From the NCBI GenBank assembly GCA_963720245.1, contig CAVREU010000004.1, forward strand, positions 404,469-468,468: 64,000 nt of DNA. The letters are read 5' to 3'. The notes beneath the pieces are model-generated. The model was not told the DNA's origin, did not search any database, and worked only from the letters and a program-made list of their open reading frames with translations. Positions within the stretch are counted from its first letter, which is position 1. Each line of letters begins with the position of its first letter. The DNA comes from an uncultured Acidobacteriaceae bacterium (GTDB lineage Bacteria > Acidobacteriota > Terriglobia > Terriglobales > Acidobacteriaceae). The position numbers and the translations under genes are program-made. Shown here piece by piece: positions 19,914 through 30,513 of this stretch.

Positions 19914-20930
19914 ATGCGCAAACTTGGTTTCAGTATTCTTTCCGTTGCCCTCATGGTTTCGACGCTGGTAGCGCAAACGGCGGCGCCGCAAAAGCGTAAG
20001 GTCACCGTCATGGATTTTGGCTACGCCACCGTGAAGACGCAAGTCTCGGCTATTTTTGGGACCGACGTGGACGTGGGTCAAGGAATTTCGGATCAACTGG
20101 TGCAGCAGCTGGTCAACGCCGGCGACTACCGGGTGATCGAACGGCAGGCGCTGGAGAAGGTGTTGAAAGAGCAAAACTTCTCCAATAGCGACCGCGCCGA
20201 TGCAGCGACCGCCGCGAAGATTGGCGGTGTGTTGGGCGTCGATGCAATCATCATCGGCGATGTCACCACCTTTGGGCGGGACGATAAACACGTCGGAGTT
20301 GGCGGCGGCGGCAACAGCGGCTGGGGAGGAAAGTTCGGAGTCGGCGCAGTGGGACAGAACACCAATAAAGCGGTGGTCGAGGTCACAGCGCGCGTAATTG
20401 ATGTGAACACCGGCGAGATTCTCGCATCGGTGACCGGCCATGGCGAGGCGCAAAGAAAGGGCATGTCGCTCGGCGGCGGGGGCGGCAACAGTTGGTGGAA
20501 CGGCGGAGGCGCTGGAGGCGGCAGCGTCGATTTTGGAAGTTCGAACTTCCAGCAAACCATCATCGGTCAGGCGGTAAAAGGCGCTGTAACCGACGTCGCC
20601 ACCAGCCTCGACACGAAGGCCGCAAGCTTGCCGCCGCCCACGGCCAAGCCTGTTCCTGCGGCCGCGCCGATCTCGGGCCTCGTCGCCGATGCATCGACGA
20701 AAGACATCATCATCAATGTCGGCAGTCAGGCAGGCCTCAAGGTCGGCGACAAGTTAGCCGTTGCGCGCGTGGTCCGGGTCGTCAAAGACCCCACCACCGG
20801 CAAACCGCTGCGCTCAATCGAAGACCCGGTGGGAGAATTGACGATCACCAGTGTCGATGCGAGCTCGGCGGTTGGCACATTCAGCGGCTCCGGCACACCG
20901 AAAGTCGGAGACAGTGTCAAGAATCCTTGA
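19914..20930 (+). CDS. CsgG/HfaB-family protein with FlgT-like C-terminal domain
   Basis: RVIERQALEKVLKEQ, AAKIGGVLGVDAIIIG, RVIDVNTGEIL; C-terminal INVGSQAGLKVGD; Sec signal without lipobox; 13 bp after the kinase. Confidence 0.85.
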   Translation: MRKLGFSILSVALMVSTLVAQTAAPQKRKVTVMDFGYATVKTQVSAIFGTDVDVGQGISDQLVQQLVNAGDYRVIERQALEKVLKEQNFSNSDRADAATAAKIGGVLGVDAIIIGDVTTFGRDDKHVGVGGGGNSGWGGKFGVGAVGQNTNKAVVEVTARVIDVNTGEILASVTGHGEAQRKGMSLGGGGGNSWWNGGGAGGGSVDFGSSNFQQTIIGQAVKGAVTDVATSLDTKAASLPPPTAKPVPAAAPISGLVADASTKDIIINVGSQAGLKVGDKLAVARVVRVVKDPTTGKPLRSIEDPVGELTITSVDASSAVGTFSGSGTPKVGDSVKNP

Positions 20931-21003
20931 CGGTTGTGTGGCTTTCCGCATTGGAAGGCCACGCATCAAGGTCTCTTAAGCGTGCATGGTGAGGAGAGAC
21001 GGG

Positions 21004-21822
21004 CTACCGCTTCCCCCACCGGTACACGACTCCCACATTAAAGCCCAGATTGTTCTGCACGCTGCTGCCGTAGGTGGTCAGCAAGTAGAGCGGCGTCAGC
21101 CGGATCGCCAATCCGGGGCTCAGGTTGTAGTCCAGCGGCGCGCCCAGGCTCAGGTTAAACGCCGTTCCGTTGTTGTAGAGGCCCAGGTAGGATGCGGGCA
21201 GACCCCCCGTCCCGGTATCGAAGTTGCCGTGGCCGAAGCCCGCCAGCGCCTGAACGCTCACCGCCCACTTCGGTTTCATATAGACGCGGTACTGCGGGCC
21301 AAACAGGAACGCGTATTGACTGATCGCAGGCAGGAAGATGCCGTAGGGATTGTTGCCGACATAGGCGGTCCCATAATAGCCGCGGACATCGGCTGTGATC
21401 CCCAGCCGGGGCTTGATATAGTCCGTGAAGCTGATGTTCCAGTCCGCTTCGTTGTTGTGCTGCTTGGTTTCGCCCGGCTTGAAGTGCAGATAGCCCCCGC
21501 CGAAGTCAGCTTCGTATTTGTGGCCATAAGTCTCGCGAATGATCTGCTGGATCCGCGCCTGGCGGCGAGCGTTGATCCGGTCCTGCGCCTCGCGCAGGAT
21601 ACGGGCGCGTTCCTGGGGCGTCTGCACCGGCGGAGGCGGCGTCGTTTGTGGCGCGGCCGCCGGACTCTGTGAGGGCGCCGCAGCCTGAGCATAGGCAAGC
21701 GGGGAAAGCGGCAGCGACTGGGAAATCAGGAAAAGGGAGAAAAACAGGAGACTTGCCTGGCACACCGGCCGCTTAATGCAGCCCACTAACTTGAAAGCTT
21801 CCACTACTCGATTACCTCGCAC
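21004..21822 (-). CDS. Outer-membrane beta-barrel protein (small, OmpA-TM-like)
   Basis: Alternating amphipathic strands (FLFGPQYR, VQALAGFG, FNVGVVYRW), aromatic C-terminus, signal peptide; exact start uncertain. Confidence 0.7.
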   Translation of the reverse strand: MRGNRVVEAFKLVGCIKRPVCQASLLFFSLFLISQSLPLSPLAYAQAAAPSQSPAAAPQTTPPPPVQTPQERARILREAQDRINARRQARIQQIIRETYGHKYEADFGGGYLHFKPGETKQHNNEADWNISFTDYIKPRLGITADVRGYYGTAYVGNNPYGIFLPAISQYAFLFGPQYRVYMKPKWAVSVQALAGFGHGNFDTGTGGLPASYLGLYNNGTAFNLSLGAPLDYNLSPGLAIRLTPLYLLTTYGSSVQNNLGFNVGVVYRWGKR

Positions 21823-22017
21823 ACCTATGAAAGAGCACCATCCCGGATTATTCGGGAACCAACTAGTATTAAATCATCTGAGGCGCTGCAACGTCCGGTC
21901 TTGAGGCAATTTCGCCCCGGGAGCAGTGAGACTCAAACGCAAAATCGCCGTCTATGACAGGGATAACCAGGTTCGTGGTTGTGTAGACGGATTCAGAAAC
22001 GACAAGGAGAGCGGCGG

Positions 22018-22625
22018 ATGAGAGGGGTTCGTTTTGGGATTGATCCTCGGAGTGTTATTGGTGCCGGTTGGCCGGCATGCTGTATTTTCACTTTGGCCAT
22101 CCCCCGGTTGCGGTTGCGGATTCGGCCTTCCCCATGGAAGAGCAGATCGTGCACGTCCCGCTGCACGCGCGAATCGATAAAGAAGCCCCAAAGAGTGCAC
22201 CGATCGAGCCCAGCGCCGTCAACCTGCAGGCCGGCGCTCTGATCTATCGCCAGCAATGCGCCGCGTGCCACGGGATGTATCCGACAGCTTCGTCCTTTGC
22301 CGCGAACATGTATCCGGAGGCGCCACAATTGTGGAGGCCCGAAGGCAACGGCGTCGTTGGCGTAAGCGACGACCCTCCGGGCGAGACGTTCTGGAAGGTC
22401 GACAACGGCATCCGGCTGTCCGGCATGCCTTCCTACCGCAAAATCCTGAACCCTACCCAGGAATGGCAAGTGGCCCTGCTTCTGGCAAACGCCGACAAAC
22501 CGCTCCCCCCGGGCGTGATTTCACTGCTCCAGCAGCCGCTTTACGCGGAGCCCGCGGCGACTGTTAGCGCGCCAACTGCGGTTACAGAACCAACACCTGC
22601 TGCGCCGGGAGCCGCTTCGAAGTAA
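22018..22625 (+). CDS. Membrane-anchored monoheme cytochrome c; two apparent extra G bases near 22024 and 22067
   Basis: CAACH heme motif, SGMP axial Met; removing two Gs restores MRGFVLGLILGVLLVPLAGMLY behind a GGAG SD. Confidence 0.85.
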
Positions 22626-22670
22626 ATCGATCCGGCAGAAGATCACCTCTTGAACCCAGGCCAAAGCAGA

Positions 22671-22699
22671 ACGGGGCGCGACATGATGTCGCGCCCCGT
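22671..22699. terminator. Bidirectional terminator hairpin between convergent genes
   Basis: ACGGGGCGCGACAT-G-ATGTCGCGCCCCGT perfect inverted repeat. Confidence 0.75.
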
Positions 22700-22728
22700 C
22701 TGTTTCGCTGCAGAAGCTTTACTTGCCT

Positions 22729-23957
22729 CTACTTGAACGCATAGGTGACGCCGGCAGTGAACTGGAAGGAGTTCCGCTTCACTGGCGGCAATGCCGTCGC
22801 CGGGTTGTTCAAGTAGGAATCCAGAGTGCCAAATGTCAGACTGAGCCGCTTATACGCTGGAATCGAGAAGGTATCCAGCTCGGTAAAGGAGTAGGCATGC
22901 AGGTTGTTCCAGGCCGGGATGTAAGCGACTTGCTGGTTAAACAGCATTCCCTTGGGCAGGTGGCGCAGATAGTTCGCCGAGAAAGTCGAACCGATCAGGT
23001 TCTGATTCTCGCCCGGAAGAGGGTCGATAAAATTCTGACGCTCATACTGGATCAATGCCTTCAGATCCAGAGTTTGCTTAGGATCCTTGATGATTGTGTA
23101 ACCAACGCCACCGCCGTAGATCTGCTGGAATTGCAGGCTCTGCGAATAATTGTGATCGTAAGCCAGGGCTCCGAGATAGTAGAACCGGTCGGTCAAATAT
23201 TCATCACGCTCAAAGTCATAGTGATAAATCGACGTCTTTACCGTGGTGGCTGCGACATTCATCGCCAGAGTCGGCGGCGGCCCCGGCGAGGTGGATGCAA
23301 GTACCCTGGATCTGTGATCTTGCCATAGGAAGCGCTGAAATCAGTCGTGGTTCGGTTCCGAGGCGCAAGCCAGGTCACGTCGGGAATTACGCGGGCCAGC
23401 GTGATAGCGGCATTAAACGTGTAGGTGTCTTGAGTCGCCTGCACAATGGTCGCGCCGCCAGTGGCGGCCCCATGCCAGTCGTGGAAGAATCCAGGATCAT
23501 GCTCCACCTTGCTGTGGTAAGTTCCATCCTCGACCAGAAAATCTACGTTCCCCACCGGGATAGGCGCGGTTGCCGCGCCCGAATCAGGGTGAACCTGAAT
23601 GCTCTGATCGGCGATCGTGACGGTACCCTGCGGCACCAGGCTGTCCGGAGACTTCCGGCTCGGTTTGACGCCCTTTTCGAGGACCGCAAACTTCTGCGAA
23701 CTCCGGATCTCCTTGACCTTGGCCCAGTCGATGGTCAGGTCCCCGGCCATATCGCTGTGGAACGTTACGCTGCCGCCGGCCGAGCTCAGCAGCTTGCCAG
23801 TCAATTGATCGCCGTTGGTGAAGATCAGAACGTCGGGATTCGCCGGCGCATCGGCGGCAAATCCGCTGCTGGCAGCCATCGAAGAGATTAGAAATAGAAA
23901 AGCGAGCGGCGTAATGCGGCGACGGATCGAGCTCGAGCGGACAATGGATGAAATCAT
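22729..23957 (-). CDS. DUF481-like outer-membrane beta-barrel protein, split by a 1-base deletion near 23300
   Basis: NGDQLTGKL N-terminal motif, beta-strand pattern, C-terminal GVTYAFK; one added base joins GY to xASTSPGPPPTLAMNVAATTVK. Confidence 0.75.
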
Positions 23958-24288
23958 TTGACTGGCGTCACTCCTCAGGATGTTGTGGGACAACGGCGTA
24001 GAATTTAGTTCTCAGTTGGATCTGGCAAGCTCTTTTAGGATGATACCCCGGCTGGACATCTCCCTTGCGCTTCCCCCTAACAGTTCATGCGATACCCCGT
24101 AGAAATACGTGACGCCTCTTAATAAGGATGGTGAAATTTGCGCCATCTCGGGCGGGATTTACAATTCTCTTTGGTGGGATACACGATTTTCGCCGATCCA
24201 ACGCATCGAATAAAGTCCTCTGCCGAAGAATTGGCGTTAGGGACGACACCGCATCGAACTCCAGGATGCAGCAAACAAAGGCTGAAGG

Positions 24289-26979
24289 ATGTCCATGAAA
24301 ATGCAGATTGATGCCGCCAGTCCGGCGGATTTGACCGCCGAGATCGCGGAGTGGCTTGAAGCTTTTGACGAAGTCGTCGTCGCCGAAGGGCCGGAACAGG
24401 GAGCGGAGCTGCTCGCAGCCTTGCGCCATCGCGCTCGCAGCGCGGGCATCTCGACTCGCGGCGAACTGACCACGCCCTACATCAACAGCATCCCCAAGCA
24501 CGAGGAACTTCCCTACCCCGGCGACCTGCATCTCGAGCGGCGCATCAAGAGCCTCATCCGCTGGAACGCCATGGCGATGGTGCATAGCCAGAACAAGCAC
24601 GATGCCGGCATTGGCGGCCACATCTCAACGTATTCGTCGTTGGCGACCCTTCTTGAAGTGGGCTTCAACCACTTCTTCCACGCCACGTATGGCGATCAGC
24701 CCGGAGACTTCGTCTATTTCCAGGGCCATTCTTCGCCCGGCGTCTATGCCCGCTCCTTTCTGGAGGGACGCTTCGATGAGGCCCGCTTGGAGCATTTCCG
24801 CCATGAGCTCCGCGACGCTCCAGGACTTTCGTCCTATCCGCACCCCTGGCTCATGCCCGATTACTGGCGTTTCCCGACCGTCTCGATGGGCATCGGTCCG
24901 CTTAATGCCATCTATCAGGCGCGCTTCATGCGCTATCTCGAGAACCGCAATCTGCTCCAGAAAACGCCGCGCAAGATCTGGGCCTTCGTCGGCGACGGCG
25001 AGACCGACGAAGTCGACACCCTCGGCGCCCTCGGCGTCGCTTCCCGCGAAAAGCTCGACAATCTGATCTTCGTCGTCAACTGTAACCTGCAGCGTCTCGA
25101 CGGCCCTGTCCGCGGCAACAAGCGCATCATCGACGAACTCGAAGAGGTCTTCCTCGGCTTCGGCTGGAATGTCATCAAGGTCATCTGGGGCGGCGGATGG
25201 GACAAACTCTTCGATCGCGACCACAAGGGCCTCTTGCTCAAGCGCATGGAAGAGTGCGTCGACGGCGACTACCAGGCCTTCAAGGCTAAAGGTGGCGCTT
25301 ACATTCGCAGCGAGTTCTTCGGTAAATATCCCGAATTGCTCGAGATGGTCAGCGACATGTCCGACGACGAGATCTTCCACATGATGCGCGGCGGCCACGA
25401 CCCGGTAAAGGTCTATAACGCCTACAAGCAAGCGGTCGAGCACACTGGGCGGCCGACCGTGATCCTGGCAAAAACAGTCAAGGGATACGGCCTCGCCAGC
25501 ACCCAGGCACGCAACGCTTCTCACCAGGAAAAGAAACTCACCGACGACGCCCTCGAGGCCTTTGTCAATCGTTTCGAGATTCCGATTCCCTTTGAGGACG
25601 CCAAGAAAGGCAAGTTCTACCGTCCCGCGGACGACAGCCCGGAGATCGTCTACCTGCAGGAACGCCGCAAGGAACTGGGCGGGTACATGCCGGTCCGCGA
25701 TGCCCGGCCGCAATCGAGCTTCAAGGCTCCCGAACTGGAGTTCTTCTCCGAATGGACCGCCGGCTCCAAGGGCCGCGCCGTCTCGACGACCATGGGCTTT
25801 GTCAGCATGCTGCGCCATCTCATGAAGGATGATGCGATCGGCAAGCTGATCGTCCCCATCGTTCCCGACGAAGGCCGCACCTTCGGCCTCGAATCGGCGA
25901 TTCGCCAGGTCGGCATCTACGCGCCCGAAGGGCAGAAATACAAACCGCACGACGTCGACATGCTGCTCTTCTACCGCGAAGAGCAGGACGGCCAGATCCT
26001 CGAAGAGGGCATCACCGAAGCAGGCTCCATGGCCTCGTTTACGGCTGCCGGCACCGCCTATTCCAACTACCGCGTGCCCATGATTCCCTTCTACATGTAC
26101 TACTCGATGTTCGGATTCCAGCGCATAGGTGACATGGTCTGGGCCTTCGCTGACTCCCGCGGCCGCGGCTTCCTCATGGGAGGCACCGCAGGACGCACCA
26201 CCATGCTCGGCGAAGGGCTGCAGCACCAGGACGGCCACAGCCACGTGCTCTCGAGCACCGTGCCAAGCTGCCTCAGCTACGATCCGGCCTACGTCTACGA
26301 GCTCGCAGTCATCCTGCAGGACGGCATCCGCCGCATGTATCAGGAGGGCCACAGCGTCTTCTACTACATCACCATGTACAACGAAGACTACGCGATGCCG
26401 CCAATGCCCGAAACGGCGTCAGAGGCCGTCCGCGAAGGCATTCTCCGCGGGATCTACAAGTTCAAAGCCGCCAAAAAGGGCAAGGCCACTGCACAGCTCT
26501 TCGGCAGCGGACCGATCCTGAACGAAACTTTGAAGGCCCAGGATATCCTCGCCGAAAAGTACGGCGTCCAGACCGATGTCTGGAGCGTGACCAGTTACAA
26601 CGAACTCCGCCGCGATGCGCTGAGCATCGAACGCTGGAACCGACTGCATCCTGCCGAGCCAGAGAAGACCCCATACATCGTCAACGCTCTGCAGGGCAGC
26701 AAGGGCCCCATCATCGCTGCCAGCGATTATATGAAGACCCTCCCCGACCAGCTCGCGCCCTGGCTTTCCGGCCGGCTGGTGACTCTCGGAACCGACGGCT
26801 TCGGGCGCAGCGACAACCGCGAATATCTGCGCCGCCACTTCGAGGTCAACGCCGAGTCGATCGTCGCCGCAACGCTGTCAAAGCTCGCCCGCGACGGCAA
26901 ATTCGACGCCGCCAAAGCGCAACAGGCCTTCGCCGAACTGGGAGTCGACACCGAAAAACGCGACCCCGCTGGAGCTTGA
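24289..26979 (+). CDS. aceE: Pyruvate dehydrogenase E1, homodimeric AceE type
   Basis: GGHIST, FQGHSSPG, PTVSMG, GDGE..NCNLQRLDGP TPP motif, EGLQHQDGH, LGTDGFGRS. Confidence 0.97.
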   Translation: MSMKMQIDAASPADLTAEIAEWLEAFDEVVVAEGPEQGAELLAALRHRARSAGISTRGELTTPYINSIPKHEELPYPGDLHLERRIKSLIRWNAMAMVHSQNKHDAGIGGHISTYSSLATLLEVGFNHFFHATYGDQPGDFVYFQGHSSPGVYARSFLEGRFDEARLEHFRHELRDAPGLSSYPHPWLMPDYWRFPTVSMGIGPLNAIYQARFMRYLENRNLLQKTPRKIWAFVGDGETDEVDTLGALGVASREKLDNLIFVVNCNLQRLDGPVRGNKRIIDELEEVFLGFGWNVIKVIWGGGWDKLFDRDHKGLLLKRMEECVDGDYQAFKAKGGAYIRSEFFGKYPELLEMVSDMSDDEIFHMMRGGHDPVKVYNAYKQAVEHTGRPTVILAKTVKGYGLASTQARNASHQEKKLTDDALEAFVNRFEIPIPFEDAKKGKFYRPADDSPEIVYLQERRKELGGYMPVRDARPQSSFKAPELEFFSEWTAGSKGRAVSTTMGFVSMLRHLMKDDAIGKLIVPIVPDEGRTFGLESAIRQVGIYAPEGQKYKPHDVDMLLFYREEQDGQILEEGITEAGSMASFTAAGTAYSNYRVPMIPFYMYYSMFGFQRIGDMVWAFADSRGRGFLMGGTAGRTTMLGEGLQHQDGHSHVLSSTVPSCLSYDPAYVYELAVILQDGIRRMYQEGHSVFYYITMYNEDYAMPPMPETASEAVREGILRGIYKFKAAKKGKATAQLFGSGPILNETLKAQDILAEKYGVQTDVWSVTSYNELRRDALSIERWNRLHPAEPEKTPYIVNALQGSKGPIIAASDYMKTLPDQLAPWLSGRLVTLGTDGFGRSDNREYLRRHFEVNAESIVAATLSKLARDGKFDAAKAQQAFAELGVDTEKRDPAGA

Positions 26980-26999
26980 TCGACGCGCGCTTTAGTTTG

Positions 27000-27030
27000 T
27001 CGCCCGCGATGGGTATCGCGGGCGATTTTG
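27000..27030 (+). terminator. Rho-independent terminator after aceE
   Basis: TCGCCCGCGAT-GGGT-ATCGCGGGCGA followed by TTTT. Confidence 0.75.
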
Positions 27031-27087
27031 CGATTGACAGCACCGCACTCGGAAACTAACTTTACGCGGTATCGGAAAGAGATACTC

Positions 27088-29094
27088 GTGCGCCGGCTGC
27101 TAGCCCTTTTGGTAATAAGTCTAACGGCTGCCCTGCCTGTCTCGGGCGCGACCAAGGTCAGCGTGCAGCAGTTGGATAGCATCCTCGCCGACATGCACAA
27201 GCAATCCAAATCTGATGACGAGGTTGCGAATGCACTAAAGGAGATCGAGCTAACTGAAGAGTTGCTTCCATCGGTGATGAACGGTTTCGTCCAGTACCAG
27301 CCCGGGCCGCAAACGATCGTCCAGATTCGGGTACTGGCCCTTGAGAGCGCCTTACTTCCCCCTCCTCCCTCAGACTTGCCCGACACTCCGGCTCCCGATC
27401 AGCCTACCCAATCAGCAATCCTCGGTCGCGTCACGAACTATGTCGCCGAGCAGATCGCCTCGCTACCAAAATTAACATCGGTAAAACTCACCCTGCGCTA
27501 CCAGAACGGGGAGGATTCGGTGCGGGCCCAAAATGGGGCTGGGTCTCACATGGGCCATACAGATCTTGGACTCGATCCCACTACTCAATATCTGCGCTTT
27601 CTCAGCCAGACCTCTACAGCGATCATCACCCAGGGCGGCGTTGAACTACCTTCCAAAACCAGCAATCAGGACCCCGGTGGTCCAAATGGCCAGATTTCGC
27701 CAGTTGGCGCTGGCCCGGCCCTCAGCAGCATCCTGCGTGAGGCGGGGCCGCAAAAGATGACCTGGCTTCGATGGGAATCCGTTGATGCCAAGCGGCTGGC
27801 TGTCTTTTCTTTTGCAGTTAACCGCAAACAGTCGCACTATCAGGTGAGCTATTGTTGCTTTCCCAAAACAGAGAATGTCGGCACCCATATCGGAATGACG
27901 CCGATGGGAGTAGGGATGGGTGGAGGAAAAGCTCCGACCAGTGAAAATCTCGGAACCGCAACCTCCTTTGAACCGTTCAAGACGACGGCCGGATATCATG
28001 GCGAGGTTTTCGTTGATCCTGAAACAGGAACCGTCGTGCGCCTGATTTTCCAGGCCGAACTGAAGTCCACGGACTTTATCCAGCAGGAAGACACACGCAT
28101 TGATTACGGCACAGTCGAAGTGGGCGGGAAAGCGTATACCGTCCCAACTCGGAATATTCTGCTTACGACTATGGTTCCTAGCGGAAACTCTTTCGCCAAA
28201 TTCACCACGCAACGTACGCTCTTTGACGTCAGTTATTCAAATTATCAGGCCGCCTCGCGGGTCGACGAACAACCTCGCGCCACGATTGTCCCGCCTTCCG
28301 TCCGTGCCCCTTCGCTGGCCGTACGGCCCAGCCGCTCCCCGCAAAAGACCTCGGATGTCAATGCAGCGGTCTTGGCGGCTCGCGCTGCCACCAAAGTCAC
28401 GCACTATGCCGATGCAGAAGCCCTTATGCTGCAGGTCACCAGCTCTCGGCCTGAGCTCGTCGTTCCCTGGGTCGAGCTCGGCTTGGCACAACTCGGTCTA
28501 AAGAAATATCCCGAGGCTGAAAATAGCTTTAAGATGGCCGTCAGTACGGGTCAACAGACCGCCCGTTCTGGTGATACCTATCAACAGACAGCTGGAGGGG
28601 ATGCAGTCGATGGGTTAACCCCTACCTCGACACGGGTCTCAGGCGACATGGCGACTCATACCGAACGGATTACCAATCAGCGTCAGCCCGACGTCCTGGG
28701 TGCAGCCTATGCCAGCCTGGGAGAGATCTATATTCATGAAGGGAAGTTCGCGGAGGCGCAATCTGCCTTCGATAAAGCGGCTCAGTCAAATCCTGCCCAG
28801 GAGGGGGCCTATCGAGAGAGTGAAGCGATCTTCTTTTATCAGGTTGGCGATACTGACGCCCAGTTGGCGGCGGCGGAAAAGGCGATTTCTGCTGAACCCA
28901 ATCGCGCCAAACCCTATTTCTTCAAAGCTCAGGCGCTTGTCTCAAAGGCCACTGTCGATCCGCAAACACAAAAAATGGTCCTTTCGCCCGGCTGCGCCGA
29001 TGCTTACCGCAAATACCTTCAGCTCGAGCCCAACGGTCAGTTCGCCGCTGACGCTCAGGGGATCCTGAGTGCGGCTGCTCCACCACCGAAATAG
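27088..29094 (+). CDS. Secreted protein: uncharacterised N-terminal beta-rich domain plus C-terminal TPR repeats
   Basis: Signal peptide from GTG 27088; TPR-like helices (PWVELGLAQL, AYASLGEIY, YRKYLQLEPNG). Confidence 0.8.
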   Translation: MRRLLALLVISLTAALPVSGATKVSVQQLDSILADMHKQSKSDDEVANALKEIELTEELLPSVMNGFVQYQPGPQTIVQIRVLALESALLPPPPSDLPDTPAPDQPTQSAILGRVTNYVAEQIASLPKLTSVKLTLRYQNGEDSVRAQNGAGSHMGHTDLGLDPTTQYLRFLSQTSTAIITQGGVELPSKTSNQDPGGPNGQISPVGAGPALSSILREAGPQKMTWLRWESVDAKRLAVFSFAVNRKQSHYQVSYCCFPKTENVGTHIGMTPMGVGMGGGKAPTSENLGTATSFEPFKTTAGYHGEVFVDPETGTVVRLIFQAELKSTDFIQQEDTRIDYGTVEVGGKAYTVPTRNILLTTMVPSGNSFAKFTTQRTLFDVSYSNYQAASRVDEQPRATIVPPSVRAPSLAVRPSRSPQKTSDVNAAVLAARAATKVTHYADAEALMLQVTSSRPELVVPWVELGLAQLGLKKYPEAENSFKMAVSTGQQTARSGDTYQQTAGGDAVDGLTPTSTRVSGDMATHTERITNQRQPDVLGAAYASLGEIYIHEGKFAEAQSAFDKAAQSNPAQEGAYRESEAIFFYQVGDTDAQLAAAEKAISAEPNRAKPYFFKAQALVSKATVDPQTQKMVLSPGCADAYRKYLQLEPNGQFAADAQGILSAAAPPPK

Positions 29095-29152
29095 AGTTCG
29101 ACAAGCTTCTCACAGGCGGAATGACCATTTGAGTTCCCACGCTTCAGAGCCA

Positions 29153-30415
29153 GTGACGACTGCAAAATACTTGGTAGTTCTTCTTCTTTCCGGAGTCTTC
29201 TGCACAGCTTGGACCGGGCCCATCGTCGAGGCATTCCCCCAGTCCGGCGGGAAGGCCGCTGTTCCGGCGAAGGCCGCAAATTCGGAAGCGAAGACGAGGC
29301 CCGGTTACACCGGCGACGCCGCCTGCGCCAAGTGCCACCGCGAAGAAAGCCTCTCCTACGAACACACCGCACACCATCTGACATCGCAGCCGGCCAACGA
29401 CAAGACGGTGCTGGGCACGCTGCATCCACCCGGAAATATTCTGACCATCTCAGACGCGAAGAAGAATCCATCGCAACCCGCGCTCTACTTCAGGACTGAG
29501 ATAAAGGGCGACAAGGTCGTGCAAAGCGCCGTAACTGGTTGGCCCGACCAGCTCCTGACGCGCACGGAGCAATTGGATGTCGTCACCGGCTCCGGAGTCC
29601 GCGGCCAGACCTATCTCTACTGGCAGGGCGACCGGCTCTTCGAGTTGCCGGTCAGTTACTGGACCGACGGCCACCGCTGGGTAAATAGCCCCGGCTACAT
29701 CGATGGAACCGCCGACTTCTCCCGCCCCGTCAATCCCGGCTGTCTCGAATGTCACGCCACCTACATCCGCCCGCTCACCACCGATACGCTCACCAACAGC
29801 TACGACAGACAAACGCTGGTAACGGGGATCTCCTGCGAGACCTGCCACGGCCCCGGCGCCGAGCATGTCGCCAAATACTCCAACGGCGCGGCACATCCCG
29901 CCGAGAGCGCCATCCTCAACCCCGCGAAGTTCTCACGCGACCGCCAGGTCGACGCCTGCGCGTATTGCCACAATGGGATTCAGCGCGAGGCGCTGGCGCC
30001 CGCATTTTCTTTTGTGCCGGGAAAGCCACTGACCGACTTCTTCAAGCCGTTGCCAACCGAAGCGGCCGCGCATCCGGATGTCCACGGAAACCAGGTCGGC
30101 CTCCTCGAACGCAGCCATTGCTATCAGTCTTCACCGGAGATGTCTTGCTCCACCTGCCACAACACCCACGCTCCTGAGAAGACCGCTGCTTCCTACTCGC
30201 CGGCGTGCCTCAAGTGCCACCAATGGACAAGTTGCGGTGAGTCGAAACGGATTGGTCCCTCGATCGCGAAGAACTGCGTCGATTGCCACATGCCGGTCGA
30301 AGCGACGAATGTGATTGTCTCCGAGACCGCTGGCAAGGTCGTCCGCGCCAGAATGCGCAACCACTGGATCAAGGTCTATCCAGCATCTCAAATGCCCGAA
30401 ATACAAACGCACTGA
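29153..30415 (+). CDS. Multiheme c-type cytochrome (7 CXXCH)
   Basis: CAKCH, CLECH, CETCH, CAYCH, CSTCH, CLKCH, CVDCH; GSGVRGQTYL and CETCHGPG c554-like segments; start uncertain. Confidence 0.9.
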   Translation: MTTAKYLVVLLLSGVFCTAWTGPIVEAFPQSGGKAAVPAKAANSEAKTRPGYTGDAACAKCHREESLSYEHTAHHLTSQPANDKTVLGTLHPPGNILTISDAKKNPSQPALYFRTEIKGDKVVQSAVTGWPDQLLTRTEQLDVVTGSGVRGQTYLYWQGDRLFELPVSYWTDGHRWVNSPGYIDGTADFSRPVNPGCLECHATYIRPLTTDTLTNSYDRQTLVTGISCETCHGPGAEHVAKYSNGAAHPAESAILNPAKFSRDRQVDACAYCHNGIQREALAPAFSFVPGKPLTDFFKPLPTEAAAHPDVHGNQVGLLERSHCYQSSPEMSCSTCHNTHAPEKTAASYSPACLKCHQWTSCGESKRIGPSIAKNCVDCHMPVEATNVIVSETAGKVVRARMRNHWIKVYPASQMPEIQTH

Positions 30416-30513
30416 TCCCGGCGTATATTGCTCTTGTACCCTCCCTCCAGGTGCGCCGGCGGCGCATTTCTTGAGCATCTGGACCATTCAATCTGACTGA
30501 CTGGAATCGTGAG

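Noticed and set aside
19914-20930. Curli biogenesis locus
   Set aside because: Only a CsgG-like gene; no csgA/B/E/F or curlin repeats in the window
24625-26352. 575-aa ORF antisense to aceE (likewise 57287-58393 opposite gltA, 9994-10899 opposite ypdA, 2155-2895 and many others)
   Set aside because: Shadow ORFs expected from GC-rich codon bias; they fully overlap well-supported genes and show no motifs
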